Positions 48,864 through 63,810 of a stretch of DNA of 64,000 nucleotides are shown piece by piece (positions within the stretch are counted from its first letter, which is position 1; every line of letters starts with the position of its first letter). Source of the stretch: the human T2T-CHM13v2.0 reference genome, Homo sapiens. The stretch lies in assembly GCF_009914755.1 (NCBI RefSeq), contig NC_060930.1, one strand, 5' to 3'. The position numbers were made by a program, and so were the translations under genes. The notes under the pieces were generated by a model, which ran no database searches, was not told the origin of the DNA, and saw only the letters and a list, made by a program, of their open reading frames with translations.

Positions 48864-50319
48864 CTAAACAAAAAGGCCAAATGTGAAATAATTTTATATT
48901 ATAAAGTGACTCACCATTAACTGGATCATAAAGCAAAATCACCACCCTGTTTCCCAGATACTAGGCAAAAACTGCAAATCAATACTCCCCAAACCAGTGT
49001 TTCTATAAGAGGCTCCTGGATAAGAGGTTTCTATGGTCAAGTTGACAAATGCAGTATCATGTATCCCATTTTTGGAGATTCACAATGCACAAGGCATAAT
49101 GCAAACTCTGAGAAATGCTGCAGTAAAAAAAAAAAAAAAAAAAATCTGCTAGTTGGAAAATAATACTTATTGTATTACCCCACTAAGGGAAAACAAAACA
49201 AATTAAACCCTAAAATGATGTTTGTACATCTGTACATACATGTATAGAAATGCATGGAAAAATGTAAGGATTAACACCCAATGTAGGATAAGCCGACTTC
49301 TACCCAGTGGGCAGAAGATAGCTTCTACTTTTTATTCTATATATTTTCATAGTGCTCTTAATATCAGAAAAAAAAAGTTTAATTTTTAAGGCAGACTTTT
49401 CTCAGTGAATAAGAACACCTAATTTCTGGACTTTTGCATAAGTTACTATTAACCATCTTACAAACCAATCATTTTGGGAAATATAACAAATATTTAAACA
49501 CTTATTTAGGGTCCAACGAGTTCAGATTTGTGTCTGGCTGCATAGATGTCATGTACCACTGATATCAATTCTGTTACCAAGAAAAGTCAATCCTTATTAA
49601 GATCTCCACTGAATGCTTCCCTAAGCAGAAAAAAAAGAAGTTATTCTTATATAAACAAGGTACTCAAATATTTATCCTTTTTCCCCTATCATAACTAAAC
49701 TCCTAGTGTTGGTCATAAAAAATTCTAATGCTAGGAGACAAAGCCAAATTTAATTTACAATAGGCATAGTACATCCTTGGTATTTTCAAGATATGTGGCC
49801 CAATACAAATCTTTGTTAATCCTCAAACTCACCAATACTACATGGAATTTCCCAATTAATATGCATGAAACTAATGAACAAATATACGTAATTCTTTCAC
49901 ATCCTTCAGGTGTCACTAAGTAAGAGATGAGGAGCAGAGGATAACACAAAGGAATGGTAAGCTTGCTCAAGAGCTAAGTTACTCTCCCAAACGGGAGTCT
50001 TAAAGTGAATGTGGTTTGAATTTGTGCCTCAGCAAAATAACAAATTACTATATTCTCTGGCTCTCCATGTTGTTTCTGAGTATCAAAGCTGAGACTGTTG
50101 AAAGTATGAATGCTAAGGGTCATTATATCAGAAAACAGGTAAAAAAAAAATTATTTCATCATTTGCCTACAGAAAATTTACTCAAAAACAGCTTATGTTC
50201 AGTTTTATATTCAGAGCAGATATTTAAGTTAATTATTTTCACAAGGAAGAGCAGAACTATTCTAAGGCTAGTTCCTCAATATTAAGAATTCTCTAAGGTT
50301 CTGTCCTAAGACCTCCTCT

Positions 50320-53300
50320 TTTTAAAATAAACTTTACTTTTTAAAGTAGTTTTGTGTTCACAATGAAACTGAGCAGAAGGAAGAGATTTCGCATATGTTC
50401 CCTGTCTTGTCTCCCCGACTATCAACATCCCCAACAAGAGTGTACATTTGTTACAACTGATAACACACATTGGTACATCATTATTACCCAGAGTCCATAA
50501 TTTACATTGGAGTTCGTTCTTGGTGTTGTACGTTCTGTGGGTCTGGACAAATAGATGATGATATGTAACCATCATTATAGAGTAGTTTCACTGCCCCAAA
50601 AAATCCTCTCTGCTCTGCCTATTCATCCCTCCCTCCCCTCCAATCTACTGTCTTCTTAGTTTTGCCTTTTCCAAAACAGCAGATAGTTGAAAATATACAG
50701 TATGCAGTCTTTTCAGATTGGCTTCTTTCTCTTAGTAAGATGAATTTCAGGCTCCTCCATGACTTTTCATGATGTGACAGCTCATTCCTTTATAGCACTG
50801 AATAATATCCCATTGTCTAGAAGTATGAGTTTATTTATCCATTCACCTAAATAAAGAACACCTTGGTTGCTTCCAAGTTTTGGCAATTCTGAAGTTGCTA
50901 TAAACATTCATGTGCAGGTTTCTGGGTGGACATGTTTTCAACTGCTTTGGGTAAATATCAAGAAACATAATTGCCAGATCTCATGGTAAGAGTGTGCTTA
51001 GTTTTGTAAGAAACTGCTCACCTGTCTTCCAAAGTGGCTACACCATTTTGCATGCCCACCAGCAATGAATGAGAATTCCACATGTTCACCAGCAAATGGT
51101 GGTGTTGGTGTTCTGGATCTGGGCCATTCTAACAGGTGTGTGGTGGTATCTCATTGTTTTAAATGTGCATTTCCTTGATGACATATGATGTAGAACATCT
51201 TTTCATATGCTTGTGTGTAATCTTCTTTGGTAAGGTGTCAAGATATTTGGCCAATTTTAAAATCAGGTTGTTTGTGTTCTTATTGTTGAGTTTCAGGATT
51301 TCTTTGTACATTTTTGGTAACAGTCCTTTATCTGATACGTCTTTTGCAAATATTTTCTCCCAGTCTGTGGCTTCTCTTTTCATTCTTTATAGTGTCTTTC
51401 ACAAAGCAAAATTTTTAATTTTAATGAAGTAAAGATTATCAATTATTTCGTCTATGGTTCATGCCTTTGGTGTTGCAACTAAGAAGTCATCGCCAAACAG
51501 AAGGTCATCTACATTTTCTCCCATGTTATCCTCTAAGTTTTACAGTTTTGCTGTAAACTGTTCCTTTGCTAATAAGAACAGTTGCTGTAAGTCTGTTCTT
51601 TTGCTAATATCACACTTTCTTGATTACTGTAGCTTTATAGTATGCCTTGAAGAAAGGTAGTGTCAATCCTGTGACTTTGTTGTTCTCAATCAATATTGAG
51701 TTGGCTATTCTGGGTCTTTTTGCCTCTCCATATAAACTTTAAAATGTTTGTCAATACCCACAAAACAACTTACTGGGATTTGGATTGGGACTGCATTGAA
51801 TCTATAGACGAAGTTCAGAAGAACGGACATCTTGAAAACAGAATATTTCTATCCACATAAAATCTCTCTCCATTTATTTAGTTCTTTGATTTCTTTAATT
51901 AAAGTTTTACAATTTTTCTCATATAAATCTTGTGCATGTTTTGTTAGATTACTACCCAAGTATTCCACTTTTGGGGGTGCTAATGCAAATAGTATTTTTT
52001 TTAATTTCAAATACCACTTGCTCACTGATGATATACACGAAAAGTAACTGAATTTTGTGTATTAACCTTATATCCTACCACCCTGGTAAAATTGCTTATT
52101 ATTTCCAGGAGCATTTTTGTCAATTTTTGGATATTCTACATAGACAATCATGTCATCTGTGAACAAAGACAGTTTTATTTCTTTCTTCCCAATCACTATG
52201 CTCTTTATTTCCTTTTCTTGTCTTACTGCACTAACTAGGACTTCGAGTACAATGTTGAAAGCAGTAGTGAGAGCATGCCTTGTTCCTCATCTTAGTGGGA
52301 TAGCTTTTAAGTTTTTCATCAAGTGTGATGTTAGCTATAGGTGTTTTTGTAGATATTCTTTATCAAGTTGAGGATGTTCCCCTCTCTTCCTAGTTTGCTG
52401 AGATCATAAGTGGGTGTTAGATTTTGTCAAATGCTTTTTCTGCATCTACTGCTATGATCATGATTTTTCTTCTTTAGCCTGCTGATGTGATGATGGACTA
52501 CCTTAATTGACTTTTGAATGAATGCTGAACCAGCCTTGAATACCTGGGATAAATCCCACTTGGTGTATAATTCTAACATCCCTGCCATATCTGACTCTGG
52601 TTCTGATACTTGCTCTTTCTCGTCAAACTGTTTTTTCTTGCCTTTAATATGTCTTGTAATTTTTTTCTTGATAACTGGACATGACACACAAGTTAAGAGG
52701 AACTGCTGCAAACAGGCCTTTAGTAATGTGGTGATAAAATATGGAGGGAGAGGAAGGGTTCTATAGTCCTAGGAGGGGGTCTCAATCTTTTAGTGAGCTT
52801 GTACCACTGAACTGTGAACTTCACACATGCTTCTCAGGCCCCCCTGACCCCCTTGCACAGGACAAGATGGCTAGAGTGTATTGGAGTTGGGTATTTCCCT
52901 TCTTCCATGTGGAAGGCCAGGGCTGGCTAGAGTTGGTTCTTTCCCTTCCATCAGGTCAGTCAGGCTCTGGTCACTTTCTACTGAGGGTAGGGCCTTGTCA
53001 AGAACAGAATGCCCTGACTGATGTATTTCAAAATGGTTCCCTTCTGGCCCCCTTGCCAGAAGCACATGGGGATTTTTCTCCAATATTCACTGTGGGATCT
53101 TGGTCAAGGCCCTGGAGGTAAAACTCACAAAAAAAGTGTGGATGGGCTGGGCACGGTGGCTCACGCCTGTAACCCCAGCACTTTTGAAGGCCGAGGCGGG
53201 TGGATCACCTGAGGTCAGGAGTTCGAGACCAGCCTGACCAACAAGGGGAAACCCCATCTCCACTAAAAATACAAAAATTAGCCAGGCGTGGTGGTGCAGG

Positions 53301-53770
53301 ACTGTAGTCCCAGCTACTCGGGAGGCTGAGACAGTAGAATTGCTTGAACCCAGGAGGCGGAGGTTGCAGTGAGCAGAGATCGTGTCATTTCACTCCAGCC
53401 TTGGTGACACAGTGGGGCTCTGTCTCAAAAAAAAAAAAAAAAAAATGTGGATGGGTAACCCCATGACTTGGTTCCCCTGGAGTTTTTAATCTCTTAAAAA
53501 GAGATTTAAAAGGCTGTAGCAATTTGTCAGTTATAGTTCAGGTTTCCCTAGCTCAGCACTGGCTTCTCCAGGGGTTTTGAGTTCACGGGTTTCTGCTGCA
53601 GCTAGCTATGATTCTCTCCAACCTTGGGGGGCAGTGGCTTGCCGTATGACCTCACTCTCTGGTGAATCTAAGAGTTGTTTAGTTTTTTTAGTTCATTCAG
53701 GTTTTTGCTTGTTACTAGGATGGAGTGATGATGGCCAGGTTCTTATGTGCCAGACCAGAAACTGGAAGTC
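50320..53770 (-). mobile_element. Old L1M (L1MC-like) with degraded ORF2, interrupted by an Alu
   Basis: ORF 51159..51383 (KREATDWEKIFAKDVSDKGL) and ORF 52427..52711 (HHISRLKKKNH) resemble L1 ORF2p; L1MC-type 3' UTR near 50330-50800. Confidence 0.82.
53145..53445 (+). mobile_element. AluS element
   Basis: Full length with A tail; TSD-like tgtggatg on both sides. Confidence 0.95.
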
Positions 53771-53779
53771 ACCCTTTTC

Positions 53780-54260
53780 TCTTCTTACTCCATACTTTCT
53801 CCCTATGCTTTAGTATCTACTCACACATGGCTCCCATATCTCTACTAATCTATCCTATACCACCTTTTCTCCAACTTTTGAACCTCGGTGTCTAAGTGTT
53901 TAACAGACACTTCCTCCTGAGTAATTTATAGGCACTTCTCATTCAAAATGTTCTAAACTAAGAATCACCTGCTTTGATCCCTTGACATTTCTTCCTTGTT
54001 ATTTCCCGTCACAGTTAAGAGGTTACTACCACTCATTTCCTTAGTGGCCCAAACCTACCAACTTTACAGAGGAGGTGACCATCCTCCTCCTTTGTGATAT
54101 CTCTGTAACTTGAAAATGCCTCTATTATCACATGTATGTTTTGTCTATATGCCTGTCTTCCTGCTAGACTGACCTACTCAAGTGCATTTTTTATATGCCT
54201 TGCATTTTGCATAGTGCCTGGAATATGGAAGGTGCTCAATAAATTTGGAATGAATGAATT
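53780..54260 (+). mobile_element. L2 fragment to 3' end
   Basis: catagtgcctggaatatggaaggtgctcaataaatttggaatgaatgaat tail. Confidence 0.6.
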
Positions 54261-54604
54261 CTGATCTTTTATCATACACACTAGTGAGCTATTCTTATGG
54301 TGTCGTGGACACAGGCCTTCAATTGTCCCACATGTCACTTTGACCAGTCTGACTATAAGTTATTTTTGAATGAATCTGGCTATTATGTGAGTAGAAACAG
54401 CCTTGCCTTAAAGTCCTAATATCTTAGTCTTAGTGCTAACATCTGAAAGAATTATTTAACTAGTGTGTTAATTTTAACTGATCTTTGCAACTATTTGTAA
54501 AATGAAAACTCACAGTAAAAAATTAGCTTCAATAATTACTATACATTGTGACCTCAACGGACTGCTAATCTATATGAAATTAAGTTACTTCTTAAATATT
54601 ACAC

Positions 54605-54700
54605 CTGGAATGTAATTCATCATTTCTTCAAAAGTCTGTTTTGCTCCTTTTTGCTTATCTTGGAGAGAGCGAGGTTCAGTGTTTTCACAGAATATAGCAT
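54605..54700 (-). CDS. SNX14: SNX14 exon, 96 nt; (D)[31 protein letters not shown](D)
   Basis: ttttttag|AT ... CCAG|gtgtaa; phase 1-1. Confidence 0.95.
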
Positions 54701-54874
54701 CTAAAAAAGAGTAAAAAGAAATATTTCTGGAATTTTCATCTATTTATACACAAAGGATTTCCTCATAGTAGAAATACTAATAAACCAAAGCAAAACAAGA
54801 TTTCTTCCTCTTTAGATTCAATTAAAATCATAGAGTACACAAAATATGAAACAAACACATTAGAAAATACAAAC

Positions 54875-55039
54875 CTCTGAGAAGTGTTATGAGTGAGACC
54901 AAACGGTGCTCCTGAAATAGCTGTTCTAGTTTACACTGAAGATAGTAATCAGTATACATTTCCAGGGTGTTTTTAAAGAGGATTCGAGTTCCCATTAAGA
55001 GATGATGAAGCCAGTCAGGAACCTGGAAAACTACCCGTC
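54875..55039 (-). CDS. SNX14: SNX14 exon, 165 nt; (G)[22 protein letters not shown]...LVSLITLLR(D)
   Basis: tttctcag|GA ... AGAG|gtttgt; C-terminal PXC/nexin-C region. Confidence 0.95.
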
Positions 55040-55310
55040 CTGAGAAAGGATCAAATGGGATACCTCATTGTTCCAGATGAATTGGTATTTTTGAAATTTG
55101 CCAATGTAGAAAACACAAATGACCATGGTCAATATTTTATTTGTAAACACTAGCAACTTTAATATGATCAAGGCCAATCGTATTGAATTATTATAAAAGG
55201 TATCTTCAATTAAAAAGACAGTTATGATGGGGCAATACTCAAGATCATTATTTGCATCACAGAAGAAGTAAGATGAATGAAAAACAAGTCTTAAACCACT
55301 TAGATCTTAC

Positions 55311-55434
55311 CTACATACATCAGGTAATCATAGACTCCTTCTACAGTCATCACCTCCATAAAATAATTCTGATTTTGCTTTCTCTCTGTATTTTCAGCAC
55401 GGTTTGCATTATTTTTAAACAGATCATTGAAAAG
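55311..55434 (-). CDS. SNX14: SNX14 exon, 124 nt; [41 protein letters not shown](G)
   Basis: ttttag|CTT ... GTAG|gtaaga; open, in phase. Confidence 0.95.
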
Positions 55435-55777
55435 CTAAAATAAAAGTTGGAATAATAAAGAGATATATAGTTTATTACATCTGCTGACGATAATCAATAA
55501 GGATTAAGTGTCACACAGCAAAGGCATTTAAACTTTTTCCAATCAAAACAGAATATTAGATAGGTTAATATATGCTTCTAAAATTCCCCATTTATGCCCC
55601 GAATTGCAATAAAAAATACATGTTCCCCAAAAATATTACATAAAAACTAAAATATTCATTTTAGTTACAGTAGATAATTCATTATCCATTAAAGACCCCT
55701 TTGTTTTTACATACCACAAAAGCAAAGTAACATAAAAAGATGTACAAATATATTATTGATAGCTAACTTTAAAACTA

Positions 55778-56094
<317 letters not shown>

Positions 56095-56241
56095 CTAACA
56101 TGATTTAAAGATTATAAATCACTATAAGTAGAGGTAAAAATCCAGCGTTAGGTGAAATTTATTTGGACAATATTCAAAGCCCACAAAGGCCTAATCAATG
56201 TTGGGGTGGGGGGGAACTAAAACAAGATATTAAGAATTAAT

Positions 56242-56345
56242 GGTTGCAGTGAGCCAGAGATTGCACCACTGCACTCCAGCCTGGGTGACAGAGTGAGACT
56301 CTGTGAAAAGGGAGAAAGAGGGGAGGGGAGAGGGAAGAGAAGTAA
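56242..56345 (+). mobile_element. Short 5'-truncated Alu end with purine-rich tail
   Basis: ggttgcagtgagccagagattgcaccactgcactccagcctgggtgacagagtgagactctg. Confidence 0.8.
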
Positions 56346-56636
56346 GGAGACTGTGGAGGAAAGTATATTCGATTTTACCTGAAGATGAATTTTTTAAAAG
56401 CCTCCTAGAAAAGTATCCTGAGAACAAAGACCATATATTCTATTGGCTCTTATGTCAGATATTATTAACACAGACACATACTTAAAACATTTTTCCCCAA
56501 CCCAAAAAATAGGAAAAGGGCTCTCCCTTCTGATATATTATTCCCTCTACTCTTTTAAATTTTCAGTGTAATTTTTTTTTTCACTAAAAAACAGTGATAT
56601 TATATAGTAAGTCTGGAAAACGGGAAAAACAACTCA

Positions 56637-56810
56637 ATTTTGTTTTCCCTCTGTATTTTCAGCACGGTTTGCATTATTTTTAAGCAGAAATCTAAAATAA
56701 AAGTTGAAATAATAAAGAGATATACAGTTTATTACATCTGTTGACAATAATCACTAAGGCTAAATAAAGTGACACAGAGCAAAGGGGCATTTAAACTTTT
56801 AAATTAAAAC
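56637..56810 (-). repeat. Local duplicate of SNX14 acceptor plus 5' half of the 124-nt exon (source ~55372-55549)
   Basis: Shared blocks ctgtattttcagcacggtttgcattatttttaa, ctaaaataaaagttg.aataataaagagatata.agtttattacatctg and ggcatttaaactttt in both copies. Confidence 0.93.
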
Positions 56811-57425
56811 TCAACCACCTAATAGTGTTACTATTAAACTTTTGTATATTAACTTGTACTCTCTATATACATAGCCACAAATCAATGAGGTTCAAAAAAT
56901 ATCACATCCTACTTTTTCATTTAGCACCATATCAAATATCTTTATGTTGCTTTATAGTTTTCATAAGCACAATTTCATCTGCTGCAAAACACTCCTTGAA
57001 TAGATGTTCCTTAAAATAATCATTCCTACAATGTTAGAATTTCATGTTGTTTCCAATTTTTCACTTATGTAAACAATATTTTAATAAACACCTTTACATG
57101 TTATAAGCTCTTCTCTTATTTTTCTCCCTGACAAATTCCTAGCATTCCTAGCATGAGTTCAATAGGTTATATTTTGTAACCTTCATGACTCATGAAGTAA
57201 TAAACCTGAAGAATTTTGTAATTGTTAAAGAAATTAAATTGGTTATAAAAAATCTTCCTACAAACAAAACTGGAGGCCTAGATGACTTTACCAACTCTAT
57301 CAAATATTTATAAAAAGTCTACCAAAAATAAAAAATGCTAATAAAACTTTGATACCAAAACCTAACAAGGACAGAATGAGAAAGAAAAATTATAGGCTAT
57401 ATTCTACCCATAAACATGAATGTAA

Positions 57426-57741
<316 letters not shown>

Positions 57742-58560
57742 AACTTCCTTAATCTTATAAAGGTTATCTATTAATACAAAAAGAGCTACACCACACTATT
57801 CGATGGTGAAATAATTAAACAATTTCCTTTCTATATAGCAGTCCTAGTCAGGAATAAAACAAAACTGCAATCATCTGCAACAATTGTGTCAATATAAAAG
57901 AATTACCAGATATTACTAAAACTAATGTTAAGTCTAGCAAGACGACTAAATAAAAATTTTCTATCTATATATACAAGTTATAAAATGAAAACATTAATAA
58001 TATTAAAGATACCATTCAGAGTATTAACAAAAATAAAAGATAGAGGTCCTCTGAGCTTCCATAGCTCCCCATGCTGGGCACTACACCTTGGCACTAAACA
58101 CCTTCTTGAGGACAAGGAATGTATCCTTATATTCCCAGTGCCTAGCACTCAATCGTAGGCATGTAATAAAATGTTTGTTTAATGAATGGATAAAATACTT
58201 TATAAGCCATGAAAGTTAGGTAATGCCATCCAATAAACATAAACACAGTATAGCAATTAATTTCTTATTATTGAAAGTTGGTGACATATAACCTAAGAAA
58301 ACCACTTTTAAAAATCCCCAAATACAGAAGTGGCATCAGTTTGCAAATATAGTATCCAGAGAAACATTTACCACATTAAAGCAAAGAACCAAGTAATTAC
58401 ACACAATACCCTCTGTATACCGTTCAACTGATTTCCACATAAAGGAAATGTATAGCTCAATCCATTTCATTAACAAAGTATTCATTCTCTCGACAATGAA
58501 AAAGTAATCTCAAGTAGGGCAACTTAAAACTTAATAGTTCTTTAATGCAATGTGCAGTAC

Positions 58561-58680
58561 CTTCTTGTTGTTTTCTGAAGTAGGGCTGAGAATGGTCAGT
58601 TCTGGTCTACTTGGTTTAGGCTTTGGAGACTCACAAGAATTAATGAAATTCATGATAAAAGGTTCCAAATGCTGACCTTT
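58561..58680 (-). CDS. SNX14: SNX14 exon, 120 nt; [40 protein letters not shown]
   Basis: ccacag|AAA ... AAG|gtactg; within ORF 58531..58755. Confidence 0.95.
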
Positions 58681-58812
58681 CTGTGGTGATAGATTATTGT
58701 AAGAAAATAAAAAATAAAGGTAATTTTTAGTACATAATCCAGCAAAATTTATCAATATTTAAATATGTTTATGATTATCATGTTATAGAACACACATAAA
58801 TCAGTTACTCAC

Positions 58813-58853
58813 CTCTTTCATTAGTTTTCCAGGAACAGATTTTATAATTTTCC
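58813..58853 (-). CDS. SNX14: SNX14 exon (8th from end), 41 nt; (G)KIIKSVPGKLMKE
   Basis: Minus strand attgcag|GG ... GAG|gtgagt; joins in frame to the next exon. Confidence 0.92.
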
Positions 58854-60155
58854 CTGCAATTAAAAGTAAAACATTATTTTAGGAAGGCATAAAACTCTTC
58901 ATAATTGCTCACATGAATACTTAACCAGGTAATTTTAAATACGAAATAGCCAAGTTAAAACTGTAAAAGTATTTATGATTGACCATTTCACACTCCATGG
59001 AAATTTTCAATAAATATGGTATTCTGAAATATTTATAGATAGAATATTTGGGATTTACTTTAAAAAAATCCAGTGAGGTAAGTGGTGGGAGAAGGGATGG
59101 AACAAGCCAAGGGTTGATAACAACGTTGAGTAAGAAGTTTATTACATAATTTTGTCTACTTTTGTGAAAATTTCTATAAGAAATATTTTCAAAGGGTTTT
59201 CAGTAACAGTGAATATATAATGGTATCTAAAGATATGCAAAGGTCAGTCAAAAAAAAGTTTTAAGAACTGCCTCAATATTTAAAACTATTTCAGTAGTTT
59301 ATATTCTGAATTTTAGATTAAGAATTTCTATTCTAAATCCTATGTTTGCCAAAATTACTTCTTGATCTCCAGCTTCCCTTAATTTGAAACATCAAACATC
59401 TTGAGATTTTCTCCAGCATTTAGAAATGACTTAAAAATCAATCAAAATTGATAAATACAACTTAAACTGCTTTCTGAACAAATCAGAAAAAAGTAGATTT
59501 ATGGCAATAGAAGGGGACATTAATAATAAAGAATAAAAATACTGTTTTGTGACAGGCAAACCACCCAACCTTCCCATTTGGCTATTTCTGGTATTTCTGG
59601 TTCTCATAACACCCCCTCCTTAGAATGTTCCCAAGTTCTTTAAATTATATGGTTTCATCCTATGCTTTTCTGTCTTCTATGTGTTCTTACTGAGCCAAAT
59701 TATTTGCTCAATCTGATTTCAAATAAAATTCAAATCTCTAATCTCTGCCTGTCTCCTGGACTCTCCTGCTTTATAAAACTTCAACTGGATTCTATAAACT
59801 CAGTAAGTTCAAAACTGCTCTTAATGTATCCCCTATTCCAACAAGTAACAGCATTCATCCAGTTATTTAAATAGAAACTTGGATCATCCCTGATCATTTC
59901 TTCTTCAATCAAACCTAGTCAGTAACCAGGAATACCCAATCTCCTAAATGCCATATATAACCAAATATTTTGTCCTCACTTTTTTCCCCCAATAAAAAGA
60001 TACACAAACACTAAATATTTTGACTCAAATAAATGTATTGATTTGGGTGGGGGTGTGGGTATAGACAGAAGCCAAATGTCTACTTGCATTATTTAACTCA
60101 CTGATTTAGTTCCATATACATTACTTCAGATTACATCATATAAAATATATTTAGA

Positions 60156-60788
<633 letters not shown>

Positions 60789-60820
60789 ATAAAATATATT
60801 TAGAAATATTGCTTTTATAC

Positions 60821-61461
<641 letters not shown>

Positions 61462-62037
61462 GATTTTTTAACAATTTTATTCAAACTTTTCCAGCTTACA
61501 CTAGTTTGGTCTGTTTTGATGTTTATGTAAAAAGAATCAGACTGTATATATTCTTTCATGTTTTGTTTCTTTCATTCAACATTTTTAAAAGTTCATCCAC
61601 ATTGTTGCTAGTAGCCTCATGATATGGGTATTCAACGTTATGACTTTACCACAGTTTATCTGTCCATTCAATTGCTGATGAACATTTGTGCTGTTTCTAG
61701 TTTGGGCTATACAAAGAACTCTACTATGAACGTTCTTAAACATGGATAGATTCTCCAAAGTATATATCTGAGAGAGGAACTGCTGGGTCCTTCAGTTTTT
61801 ATACCAAACAATTTTTCCAAGTAGTTTTTCAATTTATAGTCCTACTAACAGTGTGTAAGAGTTCCTGTTCCTTTACATCTGCACCAATATTTAGCACTTA
61901 GTATAATCAGACTTTTAAAAACTTTGGTGAATGCGGTGTTTCCCAAACATGATTCTAATTTGAGTTTCCCTATTAATAAAATTAGGCACCTTTCCATGTA
62001 TTTATTGACCATATATTGATTTCCTCTTTTGTGAAGT

Positions 62038-62263
62038 GTTTTTTCTTTTGTTTTTAGAGAAAGGGTCTCACTCTGTCACTCAGGATGGAGCACAGTGGTG
62101 TGCTCATAGCTCACTGTAACCTCGAACTTTCTGGGCTCAAGTGATCCTCCCGCCTCAGCTTCTGGAACAACCAGGATTACACATGCACACCACCATACCC
62201 AGCTACTTTTTTGTTGTTTTTTTTTCGTAGAGACAGAGTCTCACTTACGTTGCCCAGGCTGGT
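62038..62263 (-). mobile_element. Truncated AluJ within old antisense L1M sequence (~61500-63420)
   Basis: gagaaagggtctcactctgtcactcagg...gctcaagtgatcctcccgcctcagc; flanks carry L1M motifs (cattcttctgcatatggatatccagttttcccagcac). Confidence 0.8.
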
Positions 62264-62462
62264 GAAATTATTTTTCTTCTGTCCATTTTTCTACTGTATT
62301 GTCTTCTAACTGAATTTGCAATATTTGCAAATATTCTCTCCCCTTGTACAGGTTAAATAGTTGCAAAACATACAGGTAAAATATCCATAAATATTTCCTC
62401 CCATTCTACAGGTTGTCTCTTCACTCTGCTGCTTGTTTCCTTTGCTGTGTAGAAGCCTTTTA

Positions 62463-62542
62463 TTAGATTGGTGCAAAAGAGAGATTTTTGCTGTTTAAAA
62501 GAAAAAAAGGCAAAAGCCACAATTACTTTTGCACCAACCTAA
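62463..62542. mobile_element. MADE1 (Hsmar1-derived MITE), 80 bp
   Basis: TA|ttagattggtgcaaaag ... aattacttttgcaccaacctaa terminal inverted repeats. Confidence 0.88.
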
Positions 62543-63439
62543 CAGTTTAATCTAGCCCCATTTGTCTATTTTTGTTTTGTTGCCTATGCTTTTGAAGTCT
62601 TAGCCATAAGATCTTTGCCTAGACTAAAGTCGAGAAGCATCCTCCCCTCATTTTCTTCTAGTAGTTTTATAATTTGGGGTCTTACATTTAAGTCTTTAAT
62701 CCACTATGAGTTTGATTTTTTTATTATGTGATTGATAGTGGTCTAGTTTCATTCTTCTGCATATGGATATCCAGTTTTCCCAGCACTATTTATTGAAACA
62801 GGTGTCCTTTCCCCCATGTAGGTTCTTGACACCTCTGTCAAATTTAGTTGACTATGAACACATGGATTTATCTCTGCTATTTTCTAATACCTTTACAGGT
62901 TTCTATATAGGACTTTAGTCTACTTAAATGTGGCTACTTCGTAGGAGTTCAAATGTATACCCAATGTCCCAGTAGCATTTCTTGAAAAGCTGACTCCTTC
63001 CCCATTCTGCAGAGCCATGCTCACAAATCAAGTGTCCACAGACGTATAGATCAGTTTGGGGATCTCTGTTCTGTTCCATGGGTCTACTGATTTGGTGTTA
63101 TAAGTCAAGACATATGATAGGGCTCTCCAACCTTGTTCTTCTTCTAAAGTGTGTTACCTACTTGGTCCTATGCGTGTTTATATAAATTATAGATTCAGCT
63201 TCAAGGTATACACACATACACAACCTGTTTGATTTGGATTGGGACTGTATTATAGCTAGAAATCAACTTGGGGATAAATTTACATCTTTACAATATTGCG
63301 GTTTCTAAACAATGAATACGATTTCTATTTTCTTGGGTCTTCTTTAATATCTCTCAATAAAAGTTTACAATTTTCTCTATAATGGTCATGCATACACATA
63401 CTCTACTAGGTTTATTCCCAGATACTGATTCTAAGTACC

Positions 63440-63810
63440 TTTAGCATCATCCTTTAAACTGCTGCTAGAGTTGGATTTCTGAAACCTAAATCTGATTAGG
63501 TTTCATTGTTTAAAATCTATCAGTGTCTCTTTCCCCCTGCTTAGATGATCAAGTCCAAATTCCTTATCATGACACATTCGGCCATAACTTATCTTTCTAG
63601 TCTCACTCTCTTGCATGTACTGTACCTTCAAGATACTCCAAACATTACCAGCTGATTCCCTCTTTCATGCCTCTTGTACATGCCAGTCCCTCCAACTGGA
63701 ATGATCTCCTTATCTATCTCCTGCCGATTTCTATTAATCTTTCAAGATTAGACAAATGATACCTTCCTAAGAAAGGCTTCCCTGTTTCCCTAAGAAGAAC
63801 CAGCCGTCCC
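63440..63810 (+). mobile_element. L2 fragment
   Basis: tttctgaaacctaaatctgat...aagtccaaattcctta...ccttcctaagaaaggcttccctg. Confidence 0.55.

Noticed and set aside
51159-52711. Reverse-transcriptase-like ORF fragments as an active element
   Set aside because: Short, frameshifted remnants of an ancient L1M ORF2.
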